Shown here: piece after piece, positions 38,331-51,470 of the stretch
Layout of the letters: each line of letters starts with the position of its first letter
How positions within the stretch are numbered: position 1 is the first letter of the stretch
From: Rhynchobatus australiae
Lineage: Eukaryota
Length of the DNA: 64,000 nucleotides
Assembly (NCBI GenBank): GCA_034780895.1
Contig: JAUZTB010000069.1
Span: forward strand, 20,291,035-20,355,034
Reading direction: 5' to 3'
The notes under the pieces: model-generated
What the model saw: the letters and a program-made list of their open reading frames with translations, nothing else
Database searches by the model: none
Told to the model about the DNA's origin: nothing
Program-made: the position numbers and the translations under genes

Positions 38331-39942
38331 AGTCATGGAATCATAGAGTCATAGAGTAATACAGCACGGATATAGGCCTTCAGCCCGAGTCCATGCTGAC
38401 TATGGTGTCCATCCATGTACTCCCAATTTCCTGTGTGCGGCCCATATCCTTCTAAGTCCCCCACTTCCATGTACCTATCCAAGTGCTTCTTAAATGATAC
38501 TAGTGTACCTGCCTCAACCACTTCCTCTGGAAGTTCATTCCACATACTCACCACCCTCTGTGTGAAAAAGTTGCCCCTCAATTCCTTTGTAAACCTTTCC
38601 CCTCTCACCCTAAATCTATGCCTTGGAGTTTTGGATTCCCCTACCCTGGGGAAAAGACTGTTACTGTCCATCTTATCCATGCCTCTCATCATTTTATAAA
38701 CCTCTCTAATATCACCCCTCATTCTCCAAGGAATAAACGAATAAAGACTTAGCCTGGCCGACCTCTCTCTATAACTCAGGTCCTCTAGTCCTGGCAACAT
38801 CCTTATAAATCTTTTCTGTACTCTTTCCAGTTTAACGATGTCTTTCCTCTAACAGGGTGACCAAAGTTGTACATAGTACTCAAAGTGCATCTCACCAATG
38901 ACTTATACAACTGTAACATAACATCCCAACTCCTATACTCAGTGCCCTGACTGATGATGGCCAGTGTACTAAATGCCTTTTTCACCACCCTGTCTGCTTG
39001 AAATGCCGCTTTCAACAAACAATGCACTGTAATCTTAGGTCTTTCTGTTCTACTACACTCCCTAGTACCCTACCATTCATAGTATAAGTCCTACGCTGAT
39101 TTGACTTCCAAAATGCATCACCTCACACTCATCTGTATTGAAATCCATTTGCCACTTCTCTAACTGATCAAGATCCCCATATAATCTGTGACAAAATTCT
39201 TCACTATCAACAACACCTCGTAATCTTGTGTTATCCACAAATTTACTGATCAAACCTTTGCATTTGCATCCAAATCATTTATCGAAATAATGAATAACAA
39301 TGGTCCCAAAACTAACCCCTGCGTCACACCACTAGTCACTGGCCTCCATTCCGAGAAGCAACCTTCAACCACCACTCTCTGCTTCCTACCTCTGAGCCAA
39401 TTTTGAATCCACCTAACTAGCTCTCCCTGGATTCCATGGGAGCTAACCTTCTAGACCAGCCTGCCATGTGGGACCTTGTCGAAGGCCTTGCTAAAGATAA
39501 CATCCACTGCCCTACCCTTAACTACTCTATTAGTTACCTCTTCAAAATACACTAAAAGTTTCGACAAACATGACTTTCCATGCACAAAGCCATGTTGACT
39601 CCTAATCAGACTCTGTCTATCCAAATGCTGGTAGATCCTGTCCATCAGAATTCCCTCCAGTAACTTCCCCATCACTGATGTCAGGCTGACCGGCCTGTAG
39701 TTCCCTAGCTTGTCCTTGCTACCTTTCTTAAATAACAGAATAATGTTAGCCACCTTCCAGTCTTTGGGAACTTCCCCAGTGGCTAATGATGAAGCAAATG
39801 TCTCTGCAAGGGTCTCCACAATTTCTCCTCTAGCCTCCCACAGAGACCGAGATGAACTCAGTCAGGCCCTGGGGATTTATCCACCTTAATGCACTGTAAG
39901 GCTGCAAATACCTCCTCCTTGGTAATATGAGCATCCTCCAAA
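38331..39942 (-). mobile_element. Best-preserved CR1 copy: RT domain to 3' tail, with frameshifts
   Basis: KVDKSPGPD; VPKDWKVANI..FKKG..NYRPVSLTSV.GKLLE..QHGF..FSKAFDKVPH; catalytic motif decayed to FVDN; GNFFTQRVVSMWNELPEEVV; GACTCTAT tail. Confidence 0.95.
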
Positions 39943-40989
39943 NNNNNNNNNNNNNNNNNNNNNNNNNNNNNNNNNNNNNNNNNNNNNNNNNNNNNNNNNN
40001 NNNNNNNNNNNNNNNNNNNNNNNNNNNNNNNNNNNNNNNNNNNNNNNNNNNNNNNNNNNNNNNNNNNNNNNNNNNNNNNNNNNNNNNNNNNNNNNNNNNN
40101 NNNNNNNNNNNNNNNNNNNNNNNNNNNNNNNNNNNNNNNNNNNNNNNNNNNNNNNNNNNNNNNNNNNNNNNNNNNNNNNNNNNNNNNNNNNNNNNNNNNN
40201 NNNNNNNNNNNNNNNNNNNNNNNNNNNNNNNNNNNNNNNNNNNNNNNNNNNNNNNNNNNNNNNNNNNNNNNNNNNNNNNNNNNNNNNNNNNNNNNNNNNN
40301 NNNNNNNNNNNNNNNNNNNNNNNNNNNNNNNNNNNNNNNNNNNNNNNNNNNNNNNNNNNNNNNNNNNNNNNNNNNNNNNNNNNNNNNNNNNNNNNNNNNN
40401 NNNNNNNNNNNNNNNNNNNNNNNNNNNNNNNNNNNNNNNNNNNNNNNNNNNNNNNNNNNNNNNNNNNNNNNNNNNNNNNNNNNNNNNNNNNNNNNNNNNN
40501 NNNNNNNNNNNNNNNNNNNNNNNNNNNNNNNNNNNNNNNNNNNNNNNNNNNNNNNNNNNNNATTGAAATTTCACCCATTGATGCAGCAAATAAGTCAAGA
40601 TCTCACCATTGGATCTCTGCTTATCCGGTAAGGACATTTGGCTGCTATTAGTGACTGAAGCAAGATGATGGGAGTTTGCATTTCTGAGGAGGTTCTCCCA
40701 ATTGTCCACTGTATCTCTGCATGAAGATTCACCAGTAGCCCAGTGAGGTCATGGAAATGCTGACTTTGCAGTTTTTTCCAATGTTCATCAAATGTCCCTC
40801 ATGTACCCTAAGTGATCAGGAAAACTATCCCTTCCCCACACAGCCACTTCCACCAGAAATCTGCTTTCTTTTTGTTCATTAATTAAAACATGAAAATACA
40901 CACCATCACAGAAGCAAATTTAAACTCTCAAGGTAATACAGAGAACACAAATGACTTTTATTTATCTCATGTACATTGTCATGTCATGT

Positions 40990-41465
40990 CACTTCACTTC
41001 AGCCCTGTAACCATCTTCAATCTAACGCTCTCACTTCCCAGCTCAAACCAACTCCTATTTACTTGTCACCCTTACAATCACTGACCTACATTGGGTCCTA
41101 TTTATGCGGCACTCTAATATTAATCCTTCCAGTCTTGCAATTATCTCCCTCCATGGCTTTACTCCACATCCATGTAATTGTCTTCTGCCTGATTTCTGCC
41201 TTAAATCTCTACAGTCTTCTAAATCTGAACTACAGGTCATCCTTAATACTTCATCATTGGCAACATTCTCAACTCCCAAAGCCCTGAACTCTGGAATTCC
41301 CTTCCTAACCTCTGTTTCTTTCTCTCTCACCTTCTTTATGATGTTCCTAAGTTCTACCCATTTGATCAGCCTGGTCACCTGTCCTCATATTTCCTGGTGT
41401 CTTTGTATCAATTTGTGTCTGACCATGCTTTTGCCGTGAAGCAATGTAAATCCAGGTTGATGCTG
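40990..41465 (+). mobile_element. L2-type LINE 3' fragment
   Basis: CTGACCTACATTGG (DLHW), TCCCTCCATGGC (SLHG), CTCTGGAATTCCCTTCCT (LWNSLP) in L2 order; reverse-complement similarity to 57160-57720. Confidence 0.65.
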
Positions 41466-42109
41466 GTTTTTCATTTCAGCATGATGCAGTTGATCTGTTC
41501 GCTTTCCTATATATGCGGACGGTAGGTATGTGTATGTATGAGGGAGGAAAAGAGTGGTGGGAGGATTTATTTCTTCTTCTTAAACCTCTTTTTTCCCATG
41601 TTTTTGTTCTTTTAAAATGTTATTCATAACTAATCTCACAATCAAAGATCCACACCCCAACATTAACAGAAGTTCTGTCTATGNNNNNNNNNNNNNNNNN
41701 NNNNNNNNNNNNNNNNNNNNNNNNNNNNNNNNNNNNNNNNNNNNNNNNNNNNNNNNNNNNNNNNNNNNNNNNNNNNNNNNNNNNNNNNNNNNNNNNNNNN
41801 NNNNNNNNNNNNNNNNNNNNNNNNNNNNNNNNNNNNNNNNNNNNNNNNNNNNNNNNNNNNNNNNNNNNNNNATGGATAGGGTTGATGAAGTTGGCCTGTA
41901 ACCTTGATCTGGTAGTGCCTGCAAATTGGAGACACCATAATGCCTCCCAAGCCTACTGACTAGTGGGTAGGCAGGACTTGTGCACCCTGAAGCATGAGTG
42001 GGTGAGTATCTCCTGGATCTATTCACTGCCCAATATTATGATCATTTCATATATCCAGTCCCTTAAGCTGGGTGACTCAATCCATTCTCTATCTCATCTA
42101 CCTTCATCT

Positions 42110-43055
42110 TAGGGGATAGGCTTGTGAACAATGTCCATTACAAGTCCCAAGACTCCCAAAGCTACACTCCTCCCACCAACTTTCTGTAAAGACTCCTCTC
42201 CATTCTCCTTGTATCTCCATCTCCTCTGTGTCTGTTATTTGTTCTGATGATGACGTTTTCCAGACTACTGCTTTCAAGAAGTTTTCCTTTTCCCTTAACC
42301 ATGCTTTCCCCTGCAATGTGTCTGACAGGGCTCTCAACTAGATATGCTCCATTTCCCATATTTCTGCTCTCACTCACCTCCTTCTACTGAGCAAGAAGAG
42401 TTGACCTTGTCCTCACCTTCCACACCACCAGCCTCTGCATTCAATGGATCATATCCTTAATTTCCACCACCTTCAACATGATGCCCCCACTAGACATATC
42501 TGCTTCTCCCTTTCAGTTTCAGAATTCTGATGGGACTGTACCTTCCATGACNNNNNNNNNNNNNNNNNNNNNNNNNNNNNNNNNNNNNNNNNNNNNNNNN
42601 NNNNNNNNNNNNNNNNNNNNNNNNNNNNNNNNNNNNNNNNNNNNNNNNNNNNNNNNNNNNNNNNNNNNNNNNNNNNNNNNNNNNNNNNNNNNNNNNNNNN
42701 NNNNNNNNNNNNNNNNNNNNNNNNNNNNNNNNNNNNNNNNNNNNNNNNNNNNNNNNNNNNNNNNNNNNNNNNNNNNNNNNNNNNNNNNNNNNNNNNNNNN
42801 NNNNNNNNNNNNNNNNNNNNNNNNNNNNNNNNNNNNNNNNNNNNNNNNNNNNNNNNNNNNNNNNNNNNNNNNNNNNNNNNNNNNNNNNNNNNNNNNNNNN
42901 NNNNNNNNNNNNNNNNNNNNNNNNNNNNNNNNNNNNNNNNNNNNNNNNNNNNNNNNNNNNNNNNNNNNNNNNNNNNNNNNNNNNNNNNNNNNNNNNNNNT
43001 GTTTCTTTTTTAGCATTTTAACCTTTTATTTCAGAATTTTAACATCTTCATTTTT
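42110..43055 (+). mobile_element. Penelope-like ORF fragment (RT C-terminus/linker), gap, pLTR tail
   Basis: SSH..FCKDS.PFS..LHLLC..ICSDDDVFQT....FSFSLNHAFP..VSDRALN; DLVLTFHTTSLCIQWII; FHHLQHDAPTRHI. Confidence 0.8.
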
Positions 43056-43358
43056 CTGTTGCTCACACTCCCAGTGTTATTTGACTCTCTCTCTCATTCT
43101 TCTCTCTCCTCATTGATTTCCTTCCGCCAACATCTCCTCAGACAGATCACGTGATTAACCGGACTTCACATCCCTCTCTCAGCTGGCAACATCACCATGT
43201 GGAGCACAGTCTCACCATCAGTTCCAGTGAAAGGTCAGTGACCTGAAACATTAACCATATGTCCTCTTCTACAGATGCTTCCTTACCTGCTGAGTATTTC
43301 CGGCACTTTCTGCTTTCATTTCAAATTTACAGCACCTGCAGCGTTTTTGCTTTTCATT
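43056..43358 (+). mobile_element. Spacer plus pLTR unit (family 1)
   Basis: Spacer CAGACAGATCACGTGATTAACC shared with 62063-62086; core CCAGTGA-A-AGGTC-AGT-GACCT-GAAAC at 43224-43249. Confidence 0.75.
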
Positions 43359-43499
43359 CTAATTTATTCCCTTGAATATTGGTGCACGCTCAAGGCCAAG
43401 AGCTATGATAAGAAACTGCACCCATCTATCTCCACTGGCAACCCAATTCACTGAAATCAAACACAAAGATTCGCCTGAATATGTGGCCACACCATTTTG

Positions 43500-44300
43500 C
43501 TCAACTTCAACTGGAAGTGTGTTAGGCATTTCAGATACCTATACTGTCCAATCACAAACTGATTTGTTACAATATCAATACACATACTTCTTGTTGCTTC
43601 CTCAATCAATAAGATGGCCTTGAATGCACTGTTCTTATCAACCTCCTCGAACTGGCAATGGATTACATTCAATATGCCCATTTCCACTTCCTTGTTCTCC
43701 AATTATACCATGCGTACATGGCCCCGGCTGTTCTAGAACTTTGACAATGTTCACTTGGGGCAAATAATATTGCCCCAGTGTTATTTGCCTGCTTTAACAG
43801 CAGTTCATTCTCACAGGTGCTTATACCCCCCACCCCCCTGTAATATGGCCCATGCTGTCATAACTATATATTCAGGTCAAACTGAAGGGGCATTCTGAGG
43901 CTGGGGAGTTCCTATAACATCCGTCTGATGCTTCCCACCTTTTGCACCTACATGACTCAAAGCCTTCTTGCCTTTTGCACTCACATGACCTCCAACTTTG
44001 CTGCTGAACTTACAGGCAGCATCCACATCACTTAGTGGGCTTGTACCTCACTTGCACCTTACTTGCACCTTGGAATGAGCACCAAAGTAAGTCTGGTGGC
44101 GTCGTTAGCCTGACCATGTATTCACCAGGCAATTCCTCTGTTTCCTGGTTTCACATGCCAAATGTAGTTCTCCAAAAACTCTAACCATGCCATCTTAAAA
44201 TGTCTATTCCACGTTTTCACTGTGTCCACTGACTGCCATTACCACTGCTCTTTAGAGAACCCTATTCCCTATTTTCTTCAATAGATTATGGTTCTGCCAC
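43500..44300 (-). mobile_element. Possible Harbinger transposase fossil (C-terminal half)
   Basis: Weak motifs in the expected order: HS.VQ, DAACKF, GTPQPQ, TGAILFAP..C, YN, then an acidic stretch ending ATRSMCIDIVTNQF. Confidence 0.35.
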
Positions 44301-45267
44301 CTCACCAAGCAACATCTTCTCTGGGTCACATAAACTGTCCCTAAACTTGCATGTGCTTGTGAATGGAAATAACAAAGGTCAAGCTTGCAACAGAGCATCC
44401 TTTATTGAAGGAAGTGACCCTCAATTGATAATGGAAGCTGGTACCACAATGTATCAAAAGTTATACTACATGGTACATTCAGTTCTTAAAGGACAAATTA
44501 CATTTATAAANNNNNNNNNNNNNNNNNNNNNNNNNNNNNNNNNNNNNNNNNNNNNNNNNNNNNNNNNNNNNNNNNNNNNNNNNNNNNNNNNNNNNNNNNN
44601 NNNNNNNNNNATTACATTTATAAACACTGTTCTATTATTTCAGCTTAAAGTGAGTTAATAACTATGAACCATGCTCACACAAGATTCCTCCAATATAATA
44701 CTCAGAAATGCAACTTCCGGTAGAGTCAGAATAACAGCCTAATCGTGTGTTAATTTTACAAATAGAGGCATAAAGCATCGGGATAAAGAAGTAATGACCA
44801 ATCTATACAAAATATATATAAAATAATGCAAATTCCAAAAATCTTTCAAATTAACAAAACACTAAATCACGTGGTTGGTGAATCAATTATTATTGCCAGA
44901 ATGCTCTGTTTTTTTTAACAAATTAAACATTGACTGAAATGAAGGCATCTCATGAATTAAACATCACCAGACTCAGCTGTCCCACAGCTAGGTCAGCATG
45001 ATAAACCAAAAGCATTTTTAAACCACTGCAATCCCCAACAGAAGAGTTTTGGGAGGCCAGTTGCAGAGATTAATCACTGCTAAATCACAGGAAGCACCAT
45101 CAAGTACCGGGTGAAGGTCCTTCTACCATATTCTAGAAACATTTTGAAAGCCCAAATTCAGCAGACTAAGTTCAAAGAGATGAAGTTTTTGAAACAAGCC
45201 TATGGTTTGCTGAAGAGAAACTCCCAATTTGGGCCACTTGTTTAATGAACGAGCTGGGTTCTTACAA

Positions 45268-45355
45268 ACACAGAAAATGTTGAAGAACTCAGCCGGTCAA
45301 GCAGCATCTGTAGAAAGAGAAACCGGCTTAACTTTTGGGTCTGGGACCCTTCCCT
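45268..45355 (-). mobile_element. Penelope-type pLTR fragment
   Basis: CACAGAAAATGTTGAAGAACTCAGCCGGTCAAGCAGCATCTGTAGAAAGAGAAAC. Confidence 0.7.
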
Positions 45356-45361
45356 TGACGA

Positions 45362-47230
45362 TCATTTAATATCAAACAAATCTGAAAATAAAGCCAGTAT
45401 CACGAACAGTGATCATGATCTATTGGGCTGACTGGAAATTCCAATTTAGTTCATTGATGTGATTTAGAAATGCAAACTGCCATCTTTATTTTGCATCTTT
45501 ATGATCACAGCAACATGCTTGGCTCTTAAATGTTCTTTGACATAGCTGAAGAAATCACTGAATTGTCTCGTATGAAAATACACAAGAATAATAATAACAT
45601 CAACTTTGTCATCGGGTTCAGACAGAATGAAGACACAACCAGCCCGGTTAACCATACACTTACATCTGGTGACTGTGCACAAATTCAGAGAGCTGCCTCA
45701 CTTAAACCTCATTTCTTTCAGACAATATCCAAGTCAATCATCTGCAAATATCCCCACTCTCTGACTCATGATTGAGGGAAGAACAGATGAAGAAATTTGG
45801 AACTTGGGAACTGTCCAAATAACTCTTGCTGTGATATCAAAGAGATGATTGGCCACCAACAATTCTCCTTTGTGGTAGGCAAGACTCCATTTGCTTCAGA
45901 GCTTTCCCCTCATGCCCACCTCCTTCATTGCTGTTCCTGGCCATGTGTGAACAGTCCTCGGATGGAAACTTGAAAAACCATCACCCTCAGGGCCACTGAC
46001 TCGGTGTTGGAATGCAGGAGAAGTGTGGATAGCTCCTCTCCAACTGGTGTAATGAACTGAATGACGTCCTTCATCATCATAAATATTATCTGATCCTACA
46101 TTTTGCCCCACCATCCCATCACTGAGAAGTTGTGGGGCATCAGCTGCAATTTGGAATGTCATATCCCTCACTCTGCACTTACCTGGTTCGGTGAGGAGTG
46201 TCGAAGACCATGGCTGAAGCAGCGCCTGGTCAAAGCTCTTCAAATACGCATTCACCTATTGTTTGAACATAACTGGGGACAGTAATAAAGGAGGCACGGA
46301 TGAAAGAGAGTGCCACTCTGATGAGTCTACGACGTGTAATCACATGCTTGTCATAAACATAGCAAAGCAATCTCACTTGCAAAAGTATATTAAAGCTCTG
46401 TAATCTTGCCACATCCAGTCATGAAAAGTGGTGGACATTAACGTAACAGGAAACAGCTTCATGAACATTCTTAAACTTAATGATGGCATAACCTGGCTTG
46501 GTAGTGCAAAGCATTTACAGCTGCCTTAATCCAGAAGTGATGAGTTGATAATTCATCTCTGCCTCTTGTGATCCCAAGTAATTTTCAGCTAATTCAATCC
46601 ACTCCATGTGACGTCAAGAAATGGTTGAGTGCACAGGAAACAGCAAGCACTTTGTACTCTGACGGCCTCCCAGTTGCAGTGCTATAACCCTATGCTCTAG
46701 AGTTATCTGCAGCTTTGCACAAACTGTTCCAATACAACACTGGCATCTACCACTTGAAGTGGAAAACTGTCCAGATACACCCCAAGCAGACAAATAGAAT
46801 GAATTCACTCCAGCTATATGTCACCCAATCAGTTCTATCTCAGTCAACTTCAAAATAATGCAATGTGCCATCTGCTGTACTAGAACTTCTCATGGCTAAA
46901 CCGTGGGCAAAATAACTTCATTACAGAGTTGAGGTGAGAATGAGTTAACACTCTTATTGAAAGTGGAATCAAAGTCCACAAATAAAATTAAAGTCCACAG
47001 GGATAACTCCAGCAGCAGAAGTCCTGATAGCATAAAGAGGGATTCTTGGAGACCAATCACTTCAGCTTTGGGGCACAGTTGCTCAGAGCAATAACTTCAC
47101 CTCCTTCATGAATGCCCTTCCATCCACTGTAATGTCAGAAGTGGGAATGTTCACAGATGATTGGAGCATTGAAATTCAATTGTAATTCCACAAATAATGA
47201 AGCCATTGGCTTTCACATAAAGCAAAATCA
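45362..47230 (+). mobile_element. Long decayed LINE-B copy: SINE-like 5' region through RT
   Basis: 45362-45570 aligns with the middle of the SINE at 13105-13488; WFGEECRR; QLIQSTPCDVKKWL; HKLFQYNTGIYHLKWKT; FMNALPSTVMSEVGMFTDD (FADD position). Confidence 0.7.
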
Positions 47231-49489
47231 GGGGAACTGTATTATCAGAGGCACCACCTTATGGTGAGANNNNNNNNNNNNNNNNNNNNNNNNNNNNNNN
47301 NNNNNNNNNNNNNNNNNNNNNNNNNNNNNNNNNNNNNNAGCAAGAGAGTTTCTCTTGCTAACATCTAGCCCACGGTCACTAGCACAAAGATAAAGCAGTG
47401 TACGTGCACCTTGCTGCATTCAGACTGGCTGCTGTGATTGCTTAGATAGCAAAGGAAAAGATGTTGTGAAGTAGTTTCATGTATTCCAAGGTTAGGTACC
47501 TCGACCCATTGCTGGATTTAGACTGATGTTTGGGAGTGGGGGGAAAGTCATTTCTTTCAGAACCAGGGCCCCTGTGGCAGTCCGAGAAAACAAGAAAATA
47601 ATCTAATCCCAAATCCTGGCCCATTATCCCAAAAAGAGGAAAAGGCCTTTTGCAGAACACTGGCTCTGCAAACAGCAAGGTTTAGCATGTTGCCTGATTC
47701 TTCCATATAACCCTCCATTTGAGGCAGTAAAGCTGAGGAAGCAACATCTTACATCGCTGACTGCGGCTGACCTGTGTGACTTGTAGTTTGAGAAAGTGAA
47801 TGACTGTCCCTCCAAATCTGTGAATTGGTAATAAACTGAATGTTTATTGAAGTAGAGAGGTTAATTAGACCTCAGGCAACTGGTTGATCAGACAGGGAAC
47901 AGTTTGTCATCAGTAACAAATAAATTCAAATCAATACCTGTTGTTAACAATTGCATAATATAGTAAAACATACAGTTATAGAAGAGGGGGGTAGATCTGG
48001 GGGATATTTAGCACTAATGCAGGCATAATAGGCCAAGTTGCTTCAGTCTATCTATGGTACATTTGGATACAATTTATATTCTAAATATCTTGTTTCTTAG
48101 TCGATACCAGATTTACTTTAAAGCAACATCTATATGGTTTGTTAAAGTATTACATAGTTCAGTATGTTTTGCATCGTCCTATTGTTTTGCAATAGAATAC
48201 TGTCTGCTCTCAATTATATTCTATCCTAATGCAGACGCACAAAAGGAATACCTTTTAGCAAGTGAATTATTTATATGTTGCTGGGAATTTTGGCAAGTGC
48301 ACTGTTCCACTTTCAGTATTACTGTAAGTGCCACACTGATATTTTACACAAATCACCTGTTTTCAGTGCCAGCAAACATCATAATTAACTATGTGCCATT
48401 TACTGCATTTGGGAAAATATAGCTGTTCTGGTAAGATGGTTAGTTGTTGCCTTCAGTTACAGAATGTTCTAATTAATTATAGCCTTGAGTGCCGATATTT
48501 CAGGAAGATAATTGAAGTCTTTCTGAACTGCTTCCTGAATGTACAGAAGGACTTCCTGAGTATAATTGCTATTGTTGATATTTGGCTCTGTCCTTATCCT
48601 GGGACACATACCTACATTTCATGAAGCCTCTTCTTTGCAATTAATAATAGTGAGGCTCAAAAATTGCATACAACTTTTTCTATTAGAGGCAGTCTGTTTA
48701 TTTTATTATTACAGAAAAAGCTAACTTGATGACAAAGCATCTATGTCAAGTCATTGCCTAGGCCCAGCTTAAGTGTATTCCACGTGTAGACAAGTTATGA
48801 AATCAATGCAAACTGAATGCTCCAGATACATAGAAGCTGAAGTAAGCTTGGTGCTACTTACAAATCGAAGTTCAAACTCCTGACCTTAATTCATCAAAGT
48901 ATTTGCAGGTCACCTCTGATTAGCAATAGCCCTCAACATGAAAGCAGTTGTTTATTGTTTGATACTTAAGATTTGAAAGATTGCTGCAACTTTTCTTCTG
49001 ATTGCACTAGGTTTCAACAGGTTGAATGTTGGAAGCATTGGGACATGGCAGGATGGTGTTCACCAACACTGCGCCCAGTATAGAATGATTTGCATTCATA
49101 AAGCACCTTTCATAATCAAAATACTTTACAGTCATTTATGTACTTTCTAAGTTTATTCACTGCTGTAATATATTGAAATGTTTTCCAGTGAGAACAAAGG
49201 AATACAGGAAGATCCTATTACACACAATATGCCTAGAAAACCAAGATATTCTTTCCTAAGCACTTGAAGTCATTAAGACAGAAGGGTCTATTTCTTCATG
49301 AAATGAGTGCCAAATGTAAACACAGTAAAAGGAACAATGCAGAGGTAGGCTGGTATGAATAGGCCACTACAGTACCATATATTACAATATATTTTAAGTC
49401 TGTTTACGGATTTGAACGCAATATAAACAAAACAAATCCCAGAAACTTCATAATCTCAAATGCAGAGGTCTGTTGTTTTTATAATTTTG

Positions 49490-50165
49490 TGACTGATTCC
49501 TTTGAAGGGAATGGTGATTATCACAGTCTCATCATCCTCTGAGTGAAGAAATTTCTCATCTCAGTCCAAATGAATAACTTATTCATTCTGTGACTGTTCC
49601 CTCTAGCTCTTAACTCTTGAGCCATTCTCTCAGTATTAACTCTGCTAGGATCTGAGACTTATCAATGAAATCTACTTTTTTCTGAGTTCCAGTGAAAATA
49701 GAACCATTTTAATAAATTTGTCCTCAAAGGACAGCAACCTCATCTCATAAATCAATCTGGTGAATGTATGCTACATTATTCTTACAGAGATCAACAGCAG
49801 GGAGAACACTTCAGATGTCGACTCGCCAAAGCCAAGAGCAATTGCAGCAAGACTTCTTTATGCCTTCTCTCCAAGGCTTGCATTCTCATCTAGCTTTGCT
49901 CTCTCATCAACTTATGGTTGCATTACTCTCATTCTCTTTATCTAAGTCATTAATATAGATTGTAAATAGTTGAGATCCTAACACTGAACCTGTGACATTC
50001 CACTCAGAAAATCTGCCAACCTGAAAATAATTTATTCTCTGTTATTAACCTCTTTTTTTTCAATCCATCAACCAATATATTAGTGGTTATCTATTACCAC
50101 TGATCCCTTATTTTCTCTAATAACCATTGGTATGAGATCTTATTGAATATATTATGAAAACCCAG
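49490..50165 (-). mobile_element. Old CR1 fragment
   Basis: CCTCTGAGTGAAGAAATTTCTCATCTCAGTCC, ATCAATCTGGTGAA, TCCTAACACTGAACCTGTGACATTCC (minus GMSQ.SVLG), colinear with other CR1 copies. Confidence 0.65.
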
Positions 50166-50173
50166 AAATATTC

Positions 50174-50942
50174 AGGAGGCGTACAGGAGTTGAGTGGCAT
50201 CACATCAACAATCTCACACTCAACAACAGCACCACCAATGAATTGATTGTAGACTGCAGGAAGGGGAAGTCAGGAGATCACACACCAGTCCTCATTGAGG
50301 GGTCAACAGTAGAAAGGGTGAGCAGCTTCGTTCTTGAGTTTCAACATCTCAAGAGGATCTTTCCTGGGCCCAACACATTGTTACAATCACAAAGAAGGCA
50401 CGCCAGTGGCTCTACTTCATTAGGAGTTTGAGGAGATTTGGTACGTGACCAAAGACTCTTATAAATTTCTACAGATGTACGGTGGAGAACATTCTGACTG
50501 GTTGCATCATCGCCTGGTATGGAGGCTCTAATGCACAGGATCGCAAGAGGCTGCAGAGGGTTGTAGACTCAGCCAGCTCCATCATGGCACAACCGTCCCC
50601 ACCATCGAGGACATCTTCAAGAGGTGGTGCCTCAAGAAGGTGGCATCCATCATTAAGGACCCTCACCATCTGGGACAAGCTCTCTTCTTGTTACTACCAT
50701 CAGGGAAACGTACAGGAGCCCGAGTCCACACTCAATGATTCAGGAACAGCCTCTTCTCCTCCACCATCAGATTTCTGAACGATCCATAAACCCATGAACA
50801 CTACCTCATTATTCCTTTTTTTGCACTTTTTATTTATTTTTGTAATTTATAGATTTTATGTCTTTGCACTGAACTGCTGCTGCTACAGATCAACAAATTT
50901 CACGTCATGTGTCAGTGATAATAAATCTGATTCTGATTCTGA
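50174..50942 (+). mobile_element. Rex1/Babar-clade LINE 3' end
   Basis: ELIVDCRK..HTPVLIEG..VERVSSF; NFYRCTVENILTGCIIAWYG.SNAQDRKRLQRVV; ends AATAAA plus TCTGAT repeats. Confidence 0.9.
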
Positions 50943-51229
50943 CGTTTAACAAGCATTTAAAGTCACAGATAATTCTCTAGCTTTTAACTTGTAAGAGCTT
51001 TTAAAAACCAATCATTTGAGACTTGGAAAGAATTGTAAACCAAGCAACAGAAACTGAATATTAAAATAAAGATTGGACCTAGGCTAGAATGAAGCAAGCA
51101 GCAGGTGATGAGAATGAATATTTTAGAGAAGTTATCTAGTGCGTGTCCTGGATGGAACAGCTACTGACAGCTATCAGCAGCAGTGACTGGAGGTGAGGGC
51201 TGTCTGGGAATCAGGGAGAGCATAAAAAG

Positions 51230-51470
51230 CACATACTTGCAGAACAATTTACCCCAGGCAGTGCACTGGGTGCAACAGGGTCAGCTACCGGACATAGCCG
51301 GGGAGCAGTGCATGGTGAGAGCTACTCTCAGCAGTATAGCTGTGATTGAACTCTGCCAGCTAATGCATGAATGTCGACAGAGATAGCAATCATCCGCCAT
51401 CCATTACCACTGAAGGTCACTAATGCTTCAACTTTTATTGCACAGAGTACTTCACCACAAGGACATCAAA
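51230..51470 (+). mobile_element. Harbinger (HARBI1-like) transposase N-terminal fossil
   Basis: DIAGEQCMVRATLSSIAVIELCQLMHE followed by HPLPLKVTNA.NFY (one frameshift), matching the recalled pattern EQCxRRLRLSxxxVxELC..LPVAVKVTxALNF. Confidence 0.65.

Noticed and set aside
39858-40709. Long ORFs in the track (also 11277-11766, 42478-43116, 58681-59470)
   Set aside because: Length comes from N runs translated as X.
45896-46255. 119-aa minus-strand ORF
   Set aside because: Antisense to the LINE-B fossil; no recognisable domain.
49760-49945. Exon-like segment after TTCTTACAG
   Set aside because: It is the antisense of a decayed CR1 ORF2 and is colinear with its flanks.
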